This document shows positions 9,459-17,459 of a DNA stretch of 64,000 bases, in pieces. The notes below the pieces were generated by a model, which worked only from the letters and a program-made list of their open reading frames with translations, had not been told where the DNA came from and searched no databases. A program made the translations under genes and the position numbers. The stretch is from Acidimicrobiales bacterium (GTDB lineage: Bacteria > Actinomycetota > Acidimicrobiia > Acidimicrobiales > CADCSY01): contig DASZDK010000023.1 in assembly GCA_035942035.1 (NCBI GenBank), positions 743 to 64,742 of the forward strand. Direction: 5' to 3'. Position 1 is the first letter of the stretch; each line of letters starts with the position of its first letter.

Positions 9459-10109
9459 GTGGACGTCTTGCATCCGCAGCTCCGCTCCTACAAGGAGACG
9501 GGGCGCCAGTGGCCGGTGCTGGTGTGGCGCGCCGGCGAACCGCTGCGCACCATCGCCTCGGCGCCCCACGGCGGTGGGCTGGGGCTGCGCCGCTGGGTGA
9601 TCAACGCCCAGGTGCCGTCCTCCTACAGCCGGCGGGACCCCGACCACCACCTGCGAAAGCTCGGCGTCTCCTGCGGGCTGCCGGGTCGAGGCGTGGGCAT
9701 GCTCACCGCCGCCGACGTCCGCTCGGTGCGCTGTGAGGCCGACGGAGGCGTGAGCGTGGCGGCCACCGTCGGGCTGGGGCACCCCACGTGGGCGGCGGCC
9801 CCCGCGGTGGCGGGCAGTGTCCCCGTGGTGGGCACCATCAACCTCGTCGTCTTCGTCCCCGAGTGCCTGTCGGAGGCCGCCCTGGTCAACGCCGTGGGCA
9901 CCGCCACCGAGGCCAAGGCCCAGGCCCTGTGGGAGCTCGGGGTCTCGGCCACCGGCACGGCCAGCGACGCTGCCTGCATCGCCTGCCCCGACACCGGCCG
10001 CCCCGCCCTGTTCGCCGGGCCCCGCTCGCAGTGGGGCGCTCGCCTGGCCCGGGCGGTACACGCCGCCGTGCTCGAAGGGGCACGCGACGCCGCCCGGTCC
10101 GGCGGATGA
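9459..10109 (+). CDS. cbiZ: Adenosylcobinamide amidohydrolase (CbiZ family)
   Basis: 216 aa with a GTG start. Contains …IASAPHGGGLG…WVINAQVP… and …GTINLVVFV…LSEAALVNAVGTATEAKAQAL…, typical of CbiZ. Confidence 0.8.
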   Translation: MDVLHPQLRSYKETGRQWPVLVWRAGEPLRTIASAPHGGGLGLRRWVINAQVPSSYSRRDPDHHLRKLGVSCGLPGRGVGMLTAADVRSVRCEADGGVSVAATVGLGHPTWAAAPAVAGSVPVVGTINLVVFVPECLSEAALVNAVGTATEAKAQALWELGVSATGTASDAACIACPDTGRPALFAGPRSQWGARLARAVHAAVLEGARDAARSGG

Positions 10110-10609
10110 TCACCCTGGTGCTGGGCGGCACCCGCTCGGGCAAGTCGGCGGTGGCCGAGCGGCTGGCGGGCCGCGCGGGGGTCCCCGTCACCTACGTGGC
10201 CACCGCCGTCGCCGACCCCGGCGACGCCGCTCTGGCGTCCCGCATCGCCGCTCACCGCGCCCGCCGTCCGCCGGCGTGGACCACCCAGGAGGCCGGAGCC
10301 GATCTCCCCGCCGTGCTGCGGGCCATCTCGGGCACCGTGCTCGTCGACGCCCTCGGGACCTGGGTGGCGGCGTCGCCCGACCTGGCCGTCGACGCCGGCG
10401 GCCTGTGCGCCGCCCTGGTGGAGCGGGCCGGCGACGCCGTGGTGGTCTCCGACGAGGTCGGCCTCGGGGTGCACCCGGCCACGGAGCTGGGCCGGCGCTT
10501 CCGCGACGTGGTGGGCGAGCTCAACCAGGCGGTGGCGGCCGTGGCCGACGAGGTCCTCCTCGTGGTGGCCGGGCGGACGCTGCCGCTGGCGCCCGTACCC
10601 GAGGCGTGA
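10106..10609 (+). CDS. cobU: Bifunctional adenosylcobinamide kinase / adenosylcobinamide-phosphate guanylyltransferase
   Basis: MITLVLGGTRSGKSAVAE P-loop start. The ATG overlaps the cbiZ stop (ATGA at 10106-10109). Contains …VVSDEVGLGVHP…. Confidence 0.9.
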   Translation: MITLVLGGTRSGKSAVAERLAGRAGVPVTYVATAVADPGDAALASRIAAHRARRPPAWTTQEAGADLPAVLRAISGTVLVDALGTWVAASPDLAVDAGGLCAALVERAGDAVVVSDEVGLGVHPATELGRRFRDVVGELNQAVAAVADEVLLVVAGRTLPLAPVPEA

Positions 10610-11313
10610 TGCGCGCCGCCCTGAGCTTCCTGACCCCGCTGGGAGGACCGGCCACCCCCAGCGCCGGCGCCCTCCCGTGGTTCCCGGTGGTCGGAGCGGT
10701 GCTCGGCCTGGTGGTGGGGGTGGCGTGGTGGGCGGCGGCGCTGGTCTGGCCCCCGCTGGTCGCCGCCGCCGTGGTGGTCGCCGTCGACCTGGCCCTGACC
10801 GGGATGCTGCACCTCGACGGCCTGGCCGACAGCGCCGATGGGTTGCTCGCGCCCCACCTCGACCGCCAGCGCCGGCTGGCGGTGATGGCCGACGTCGACA
10901 CCGGTGCCTTCGCCCTCGGTGCCGTGGTCTCGGTGCTGCTGGCCCGCCTGGTCGCCGTGGCCGCCCTGGCGCCGGCGCCCCTGCTGCTCGCCGGGCTGTG
11001 GTGCGCCTCCCGCACGGCCATGGCCGTGGGCGCCCGCGCCCTCGACTACGCCCGGCCTTCGGGCCTGGCCACACCGTTCCTGGGCGGGCGGCCGGCGGGT
11101 CTGGCCGCCGGCGGGTGCGTCGTGGCCCTGGTGCTGGTGGTGGGCGGCCACGGGCTCGCCGGTGTGGCCGCGCTGGTGGCTGCGTTGGCGGCGGCCGCCG
11201 GCGTGCTGGCATTGGGCCGGCGCCGGCTGGGCGGCTTCACCGGCGACGTGCTGGGCGCCGCCGGGATGGTGGCCGAGACGGCGGGCCTGGTCGTGGCCGC
11301 CGCCCGCTGGTGA
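10609..11313 (+). CDS. cobS: Adenosylcobinamide-GDP ribazoletransferase (cobalamin synthase)
   Basis: MRAALSFLTPLG…, the LHLDGLADSADGL motif, a polytopic membrane protein. Its start shares a base with the cobU stop (TGATG). Confidence 0.9.
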   Translation: MRAALSFLTPLGGPATPSAGALPWFPVVGAVLGLVVGVAWWAAALVWPPLVAAAVVVAVDLALTGMLHLDGLADSADGLLAPHLDRQRRLAVMADVDTGAFALGAVVSVLLARLVAVAALAPAPLLLAGLWCASRTAMAVGARALDYARPSGLATPFLGGRPAGLAAGGCVVALVLVVGGHGLAGVAALVAALAAAAGVLALGRRRLGGFTGDVLGAAGMVAETAGLVVAAARW

Positions 11314-12221
11314 GCGTGCGCCTCCTGGCGCTGCGGTCGCTCGCCGCCGCCAGCGGCGTGGTCGCCGATCGGGCCCTGGGCGAGCCCCCCCTGCGGCCGC
11401 ACCCGGTGTCGGCGTTCGGAACGGCCATGCGGGCGGTCGAGGCCCGGCTGTACGCCGACTGCCGGGCACGAGGCGCGGTCCACGCCGTGGTCGGCCTGGG
11501 GCTGGGCCTGGGCGCCGGCCGGGCCATCGGCTCCACCGCCGTCGCCACCTACGTGGCGGTGGCCGGACGGGCCCTGGGCGAGGCCGCCACCACCGTGGCC
11601 ACCGCCCTCGACGCCGGCGACCTCGAGGCCGCCCGCCGGCTCTTGCCCGGCCTGGTCGGGCGCGAGCCCGCCGGGCTGGACGCCGGCGAGGTGGCCCGGG
11701 CCGTGGTCGAGTCGCTGGCCGACAACACGGTCGACGCCGTGGTGGCCCCCGTGCTGTGGGCGGCGGTGGCCGGCGCCCCGGGCGCCTTGGGCTACCGGGC
11801 GGTCAACACCCTCGACGCCATGGTCGGCCACCGCAGCGACCGCTACCACCGCTACGGCTGGGCCAGCGCCCGCCTCGACGACCTGGCCGGGTGGGCCCCC
11901 GCTCGGGTCACCGCCGTGCTGGTGGCCGGCGCCCGCCCGAGCGCCGCCGGCGCGGTGTGGAGAGCGGTGCGCCACGAGGCGCCGGCCCACCCCTCACCCA
12001 ACGCCGGTGTGGCCGAAGCCGCCTTCGCCGCCGCCCTCGGGGTCCGCCTGGGCGGCACCAACTGCTACGGCGGGCGCACCGAGCGGCGAGCGTCGGTGGG
12101 CACCGGGCCGGCCGCCGGTGGCGACGACATCGGCCGCGCCGTCCGGCTGTCGGCCGACGTGGGCGCGCTGCTGGCCGCCACCCTGGCCGGCGGGGCGGTG
12201 GTCACGGGCCGATGGCAGTGA
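11310..12221 (+). CDS. cbiB: Adenosylcobinamide-phosphate synthase (CbiB/CobD)
   Basis: …VVESLADNTVDAVVAPVLW…YRAVNTLDAMVGH…YGWASARLDDLAGWAPAR…SPNAGVAEAAFAAALGVRLGG…. The GTG start overlaps the cobS stop. Confidence 0.9.
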   Translation: MSVRLLALRSLAAASGVVADRALGEPPLRPHPVSAFGTAMRAVEARLYADCRARGAVHAVVGLGLGLGAGRAIGSTAVATYVAVAGRALGEAATTVATALDAGDLEAARRLLPGLVGREPAGLDAGEVARAVVESLADNTVDAVVAPVLWAAVAGAPGALGYRAVNTLDAMVGHRSDRYHRYGWASARLDDLAGWAPARVTAVLVAGARPSAAGAVWRAVRHEAPAHPSPNAGVAEAAFAAALGVRLGGTNCYGGRTERRASVGTGPAAGGDDIGRAVRLSADVGALLAATLAGGAVVTGRWQ

Positions 12222-13120
12222 TCCCCCCGCCCTCCCCCCACGGCGGCGACGGGCCCCGCCTGGCCGCCGCCCTCGGGGTGGACGTCGCCGCCGTGCTCGA
12301 CCTGTCGCTGAGCCTCAACCCCCTGGCCCCCGACGTGGCTACCTTGGCCGCCGACGCCCTCGGCAGCCTGCGGCGCTATCCCGACCCGGCCCGAGCCACC
12401 GCCGGCCTGGCCGAGGCGGTGGGCGTGGAGCCGGACCAGGTGCTGCTCACCAACGGCGGAGCGGAGGCCATCGCCCTGGTGGCCGCCGACCAGGAACGGG
12501 GCCGGGTGGACGAGCCCGAGTTCTCGCTGTACCGCCGGCACCTGGCCACGGTCGACGCCGGCGCCCCCCGCTGGCGGTCGAACCCCCACAACCCCACCGG
12601 GCTGCTGGCCCGCGCCGGCGAGCGGGCGGCGGTGTGGGACGAGGCGTTCTACCCCCTCGCCACCGGCCGCTGGACCCGGGGTGACGAAGAGGGCGTGGTG
12701 GTGGGCTCGCTCACCAAGGTGTTCGCCTGCCCCGGCCTGCGGCTGGGCTACGTGCTGGCCGGCGGGGACCTGATCGAGCGCCTCCGCCGGCGCCAGCCGG
12801 CGTGGGCGGTCAACGGCCTGGCCCTGGCCCTGCTGCCCCGCCTGCTCGAGCGGACCGACCTGCCCGGCTGGGCCCGGGGCATCGCCGCCCTGCGGGATGA
12901 CTTGGCCGCCTTGCTGGCCGGCGCCGGCCTGCGGCCCCGTCCCTCCGACGCCCCCTGGCTGCTGGTCGACGGGGCCGAGGGACTGCGGGAACGCCTGGCC
13001 CCCTGCGGTGTGCTCGTGCGCGACGCCACCTCCTTCGCGCTCGCCGGGTCGGCCCGGATCGCCGTGCCCGGCCCGGCCGGGCTCGAGCGGCTGGCCCGGG
13101 CGCTGGCGGCCACCGCCTGA
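12212..13120 (+). CDS. Class I/II aminotransferase-fold enzyme, probable L-threonine-O-3-phosphate decarboxylase
   Basis: …HGGDG…LDLSLSLNPL…NPHNPTG…SLTKVFACPGLRLGY… (PLP-lysine context). Positioned after cbiB, as in other cob operons, with a 10 nt overlap with cbiB. Confidence 0.8.
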   Translation: MAVIPPPSPHGGDGPRLAAALGVDVAAVLDLSLSLNPLAPDVATLAADALGSLRRYPDPARATAGLAEAVGVEPDQVLLTNGGAEAIALVAADQERGRVDEPEFSLYRRHLATVDAGAPRWRSNPHNPTGLLARAGERAAVWDEAFYPLATGRWTRGDEEGVVVGSLTKVFACPGLRLGYVLAGGDLIERLRRRQPAWAVNGLALALLPRLLERTDLPGWARGIAALRDDLAALLAGAGLRPRPSDAPWLLVDGAEGLRERLAPCGVLVRDATSFALAGSARIAVPGPAGLERLARALAATA

Positions 13121-13134
13121 CGGGCGGCGCGGGG

Positions 13135-13896
13135 CTAGTCCGAACGCGACGAGGTGCCGCCGGCCTCCTCGGCGGCGGCGTCGGCGCTGTCGCCGTTCTC
13201 CCGCCCCGTGCGCTCCGCCGGCGACAGCGACAGCCAGCCGAACACTGCGCCGAGCACCGCCCACAGCCCCAGCCACCCCCCCAGCACCGTGAGGCGGAAA
13301 TGCCACACCAGAGTGGCCGGCGCCTCCACCGGATCGGGCGGCGGCGGGAAGCCGGCCAGGGCCACGGCGACCAGCGCCAGCCACACCCCCACGGCAACAA
13401 GGTGCCGCGGTGCCGCCGCCGTCCCTCTCGCCGCCAGCCAGTTGTTGAGACGGGCCGCACCGACGGTGGCGACCACCGAGAAGGCGATCAGCAGCACGTA
13501 CAGCGCCGTGCGCCGGCCCACCGTCGCCGGGTCACCCACTCCCGGCGGGTTGGGCGGGTACTTCAGCGCCGGCACCAGGTGCCCGGCAGCGAAGGCGGCG
13601 GCTGCCAGCCACAGCGAGCGGCGCCAGTCGTCCTTCCCGGGCAGCCGGTGCCGGGCGGCGACGAACACCACGGCGAACACCACGCCCACGGCCACGCCCA
13701 GCGCCACGGCGCCCACCACGCCGGCCACCTGCTGCACCCCCCGGCTGAAGGGACCTCCACCGCCGCCGCCGGCCTCCTCCAGCTCGACGGCCTCGGAGAT
13801 GGCCGCCCCGCCGAGCACGGCCAGGGTCAGGGCCAGGGCCACGCCGCCCGCCGCCCCGGCGGCCGCACCGCGCCCGAGGCAGCGCCCCAGGCTCAC
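13135..13896 (-). CDS. cbtA: Cobalt transporter subunit CbtA
   Basis: Membrane protein with LKYPPNPPGVGDPATVGRRT, characteristic of CbtA. Last gene of the minus-strand cob operon. Confidence 0.8.
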   Translation of the reverse strand: MSLGRCLGRGAAAGAAGGVALALTLAVLGGAAISEAVELEEAGGGGGGPFSRGVQQVAGVVGAVALGVAVGVVFAVVFVAARHRLPGKDDWRRSLWLAAAAFAAGHLVPALKYPPNPPGVGDPATVGRRTALYVLLIAFSVVATVGAARLNNWLAARGTAAAPRHLVAVGVWLALVAVALAGFPPPPDPVEAPATLVWHFRLTVLGGWLGLWAVLGAVFGWLSLSPAERTGRENGDSADAAAEEAGGTSSRSD

Positions 13897-13918
13897 GGCG
13901 CCACCGTTCGGGTGAGGG

Positions 13919-14104
13919 TCAGTGGCACGGCACGCCGGCGAAGTGGCGGGCGTCGTGGAACAGCTCGTGGATCACGCCGGCGGCCCGTCCCAGGACCAGG
14001 CCGTTGTCGGCGGCCAGCAGGTAGACGAGCCCCAGGGCCAGGGTGGCGACCAACCACGCCCACAGCGGGACGGTGCGGGGTGCGACGGCGGGGGTGGGTT
14101 CCAT
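13919..14104 (-). CDS. cbtB: Cobalt transporter subunit CbtB
   Basis: About 61 aa from the internal Met (MEPTPAVAP…), one TM helix, and the C-terminal motif HELFHDARHFAGVPCH typical of CbtB. Confidence 0.8.
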   Translation of the reverse strand: MEPTPAVAPRTVPLWAWLVATLALGLVYLLAADNGLVLGRAAGVIHELFHDARHFAGVPCH

Positions 14105-14114
14105 GGGATGCCTC

Positions 14115-15014
14115 CTAGGCAGGGGAAGAGTGGTTGTGGTGAGCATGGTGATGAACGCCGAGCGCCAGTGGGCGCCCCACCTCGGCCTCGTGGCCGGGAA
14201 GGGCCACGCGGTAGACGCAGCCGTCGCAGGGCGTGACCGACGTGCCGGCCACGGCCTGGTCGAAGCGGTCGATCACGAGCCGGGCCACGCGGGGGTCGGC
14301 GCCGAGGTGGGGCCCGGTACGGACGTCGACCTCCGGGTGCTCGCCGGCCCACGCCGCCGCCTGAGCGGCGATGCGCTCGACGAGGACGCCGGTGAACAAG
14401 AAGTAGGGGATCACGACGACCAGGCGGGCGCCGAGCCGCCGGCAGCGCTCCAGCCCCTCCGAGACCGATGGCGAGGCCAGCGACACGAAGGCGGGCTCCA
14501 CCCCGCCCAGGCTCCGGCCCTCGCCCAGCAGCCGGGCGGCCTTGGCCAGGTCAGAGTTGGCGTCGGGATCGGTGGAGCCCCGGCCCACCAGCAGCACGGC
14601 GGTGCCGGCGGGACCGCCGTGGCCGTTGCCGTTGCTGTCGTCGCCCCGCGTGGAGCGGATCCGCTCTTCGGCCACCTCCAGCACCAGCGGGTGCAGGCCA
14701 AGGTGGGAGGCGTAGCTGAAGCGCACGCCGGGATGGCGGTGGCGGGCCCGGGCCAGGAAGGCGGGACCGTCGTCCTTCAGGTGGCGGGCGGCGAGCAACA
14801 CCAGGGGCACGGCCACCACGTGGCCGGCGCCGCCGGCAACGAGGGCGTCGAGCCCCTCGTCGAGATGGGGCTCGGCCAGCTCGATGAACCCGCTGCCCAG
14901 GGCCAGGTGCGGGGCCTGGGCGTGGACGAGGTCGGTCAGCGCCCGGAACTCGGCCACGCCGGCGGCCGACCGGCTGCCGTGGCCGACGATGAACAGGGCG
15001 GCGTCGCCGGTCAT
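14115..15014 (-). CDS. cbiX: Sirohydrochlorin cobalto-/ferro-chelatase, long CbiX type
   Basis: Duplicated CbiX fold (FIVGHGSR… and LLVGRGSTDPDAN…). C-terminal CDGC motif and His-rich tail HHHAHHNH. The ATG overlaps the cobH stop (ATGA). Confidence 0.85.
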   Translation of the reverse strand: MTGDAALFIVGHGSRSAAGVAEFRALTDLVHAQAPHLALGSGFIELAEPHLDEGLDALVAGGAGHVVAVPLVLLAARHLKDDGPAFLARARHRHPGVRFSYASHLGLHPLVLEVAEERIRSTRGDDSNGNGHGGPAGTAVLLVGRGSTDPDANSDLAKAARLLGEGRSLGGVEPAFVSLASPSVSEGLERCRRLGARLVVVIPYFLFTGVLVERIAAQAAAWAGEHPEVDVRTGPHLGADPRVARLVIDRFDQAVAGTSVTPCDGCVYRVALPGHEAEVGRPLALGVHHHAHHNHSSPA

Positions 15015-15604
15015 CCCTCAGGCACCAGCCGGACCAGGGCGTTCACTGCGGCCGCGGCCGCCGCGCTGCCGCCCTTCTCGCCCACGTTGCTGAGCGCAGG
15101 AAGTCCACTGGCCCGCAGTGCCTCCTTGGCCTCGGCCGCCCCGACGAAGCCCACCGGCAGGCCGACCACCAGCGCCGGGCGGAACCAGCCCTCGCCGGCC
15201 AGGCGCACCACCTCGACCAGGGCGGTGGGAGCGCACCCGACCACGATCACCGCCCCCTCCGGGTGAGCGCAGGCGGCCTGGGCCATGGCTTCGGCGGTGC
15301 GGGTCCGCCCGGCGGCGGTGACCCCGTCCACCTCGCCGAGGTGGCAGCACGCCGGCGCCCCGGCCACGCCGGCCCGCACCATCTCCACGTCGCAGACCAC
15401 CGGCGCCCCCTCCTCCAGGGCGGCCACGCCCGCCCGGGCCGCAGCCTCGTCCACCACCATCGACCCGACGTAGTCGAGATCGGCGGTGGCGTGCACCATC
15501 CGGGCCACCACGGCGCGGGCCACGGGCCCGAACTTTGACAGGTCGACCCGCTGCTCGAGGATGCGGTAGCTCTCGGCCTCGATGGGGTGGACGGCCGGGG
15601 TCAC
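15011..15604 (-). CDS. cobH: Precorrin-8X methylmutase (CobH/CbiC)
   Basis: …IEAESYRIL…VARMVHATADL…VVGCAPTAL…VGLPVGFVGAAEAKE…GEKGGSAAAAAAVNAL. The GTG start overlaps the ferredoxin stop (GTGA). Confidence 0.9.
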   Translation of the reverse strand: MTPAVHPIEAESYRILEQRVDLSKFGPVARAVVARMVHATADLDYVGSMVVDEAAARAGVAALEEGAPVVCDVEMVRAGVAGAPACCHLGEVDGVTAAGRTRTAEAMAQAACAHPEGAVIVVGCAPTALVEVVRLAGEGWFRPALVVGLPVGFVGAAEAKEALRASGLPALSNVGEKGGSAAAAAAVNALVRLVPEG

Positions 15605-15780
15605 GGGCGCACCTCGTCGAGGGCGTCCCGGGGGCACACCTCGACGCACGCCAGGCAGCCGGTGCAGCGGGCGTCGACCACCAGCGGCCGCCCCGGGGCC
15701 GGCAGCAGGGCGGCCTCGGGGCAGGTGACCAGGCACAGCCCGCAGGCGGTGCAGCGATCGGCGGCGACGACCACGGTCAT
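15601..15780 (-). CDS. Small 2x[4Fe-4S] ferredoxin
   Basis: 59 aa with two CxxCxxCxxxCP motifs (CTACGLCLVTCP and CTGCLACVEVCP). It has 4 nt overlaps with the genes on both sides. Confidence 0.8.
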   Translation of the reverse strand: MTVVVAADRCTACGLCLVTCPEAALLPAPGRPLVVDARCTGCLACVEVCPRDALDEVRP

Positions 15781-17459
15781 GGCGCGTACCCCCGGGGCGT
15801 GACCATGCGCCCGTCGACCAGGCGGGTGGTCGAGGCCCCCACCACCACGCAGGTGGTCATCCCCACCGACTCGGGGTCGAGGTCCTCCAGCGTGGTGACG
15901 TGCACGTGCTGGCCAGGGCGGCCCACGTCGGTGACCACGCCCACCGGCGTGGCCGTCGGCCGATGCCCGCGGAGGATGTGCCGAGCGGCGTCGAGCTGCC
16001 AGCGCCGGCCGGCCGAGCGGGGGTTGTACAGGCTCACCACCAGGTCGGCCTCGGCCGCCGCTCGCAGCCGGGCCTCGATGGCCGGCCACGGGGTGAGCAG
16101 GTCGGACAGGCTGATGCTGGCGTGGTCGTGACCCAGCGGGGCGCCGAGGGCGGCGGCGGCGGCAAGGGCGGCGGTCACCCCGGGGACCACCTCGACGTCG
16201 AGGCCCGGCGCCTCGTCGCCGGCCAGCTCCAGCACGATCGACGCCATGCCGTACACCCCGGCGTCGCCCGAGCACACCACCGCCACCCTCCGCCCGCCGG
16301 CGGCCTCGGCCAAGGCCGACTTGGCCCGCACCACCTCGTCGCCGATGGAGCTGGCCAGCACCTCCTGGCCGGGGCCGAGCAGGTCGGCGCAGGCGTCGAG
16401 GTAGGGCCCGTAGCCGATCACCACCTCGGCGCCGGCCACGGCGGCGCCGGCGGCCGGAGTGCGGGAGGCGGCGCCACCCGGCCCCAACCCGACCAGCGAC
16501 AGGCGCCCGCGTGGACGGGCCCGGCGGGCGACGGCCACGGTGGCGGTGGCGCTCTTGCGCTTGGTCACCACCAGCTCGGCTCCCGGGCCGGCGGCCAGCA
16601 GGGCGGCGGCCTCGGCCACGCTGGGCGTGCCCACCGCCGAGCGCACCGCGGCGCTGGGCGAGGGCACCTCCACCTCGGCCAGGGCGGCGGCTGGGAAGGT
16701 CCGCAGGGGGACGCCCCGGCCGGCGGCCGCGGCCACCACCGCCGGCTCGGCGGCCTTGAGATCGACGGTGGCCACCTCGGCCAGCGACGCCGGCGCCAGG
16801 CCGGCCCCGTCCAGGGCGCCGGCCAAGAGCGCCTCGAGGTCGTCGGCCGGGGCCCCGCTCGACGCTCCCACGCCGGCCACCAGCGACGGCGGCCGCAGCG
16901 CCACCACGCCCGGTGCCGACGGCACCAGCCGGTCGGTGACCACCACCCGGTGCGGACCGTCACCGGAGACCAGCCCGGGCGGGAGCGGCCAACCGCTCGA
17001 GTTGTCGACCGCCGGCGCCCGCCCGTCGAGCACGGCAGTGGTGACCCCGGCCACGTCGCCCTCGGCCACCCAACCGGTCAGGTCGTCCAGCGCAGGCAGA
17101 CCCACGGCGTCGGTGGCGGTGGTGACCACCGGCTCGGCGCCGAGGATCCCGGCCACCTCGCGGGCCAGGCGGTTGGCGCCGCCGGCGTGGCCGCCGCACA
17201 GGGCCACGGCGAAGCGACCGGCCTCGTCGACGCACACCACCGCCGGGTCGGTGCGCTTGTCGGCCAGCAGCGGGGCCACGATGCGCACGGCGGCGCCGGT
17301 GGCCAAGAACAGCACGAACCCCTCGACGCTGCCCCACCGCCGGCGCACCACCTCGCCCGCCGGTCCGGGCGCGTGCTCCCACGGCAGGCGGGCGGCCAGC
17401 ACCGCGCCCCGCTCGGTCACCGACACGCTGAGCACCCTCGGCAGCTGCGGCGCGCTCAC
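15777..17459 (-). CDS. cobJ: CbiG-like domain fused to precorrin-3B C17-methyltransferase (CobJ/CbiH)
   Basis: 560 aa carved out of the 968 aa ORF. The N-terminal part resembles CbiG (…FLATGAAVRIVAPLL…VCVDEAG…ALCGGHAGGAN…). The C-terminal part is a class III methyltransferase (LVGLGPGG…VVCSGDAGVYGMAS…VPGVTAA…). The GTG start overlaps the cobL stop. Confidence 0.85.
   Translation of the reverse strand: MSAPQLPRVLSVSVTERGAVLAARLPWEHAPGPAGEVVRRRWGSVEGFVLFLATGAAVRIVAPLLADKRTDPAVVCVDEAGRFAVALCGGHAGGANRLAREVAGILGAEPVVTTATDAVGLPALDDLTGWVAEGDVAGVTTAVLDGRAPAVDNSSGWPLPPGLVSGDGPHRVVVTDRLVPSAPGVVALRPPSLVAGVGASSGAPADDLEALLAGALDGAGLAPASLAEVATVDLKAAEPAVVAAAAGRGVPLRTFPAAALAEVEVPSPSAAVRSAVGTPSVAEAAALLAAGPGAELVVTKRKSATATVAVARRARPRGRLSLVGLGPGGAASRTPAAGAAVAGAEVVIGYGPYLDACADLLGPGQEVLASSIGDEVVRAKSALAEAAGGRRVAVVCSGDAGVYGMASIVLELAGDEAPGLDVEVVPGVTAALAAAAALGAPLGHDHASISLSDLLTPWPAIEARLRAAAEADLVVSLYNPRSAGRRWQLDAARHILRGHRPTATPVGVVTDVGRPGQHVHVTTLEDLDPESVGMTTCVVVGASTTRLVDGRMVTPRGYAP

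Noticed and set aside
10904-13120. A 738 aa ORF, and likewise the long ORFs 9817..11313 and 10677..12221.
   Set aside because: In each case only the C-terminal part has protein-like, family-recognisable sequence. The upstream parts are Arg/Pro/Gly-rich read-through of neighbouring genes in other frames. Starts were reset to the stop-overlapping start codons.
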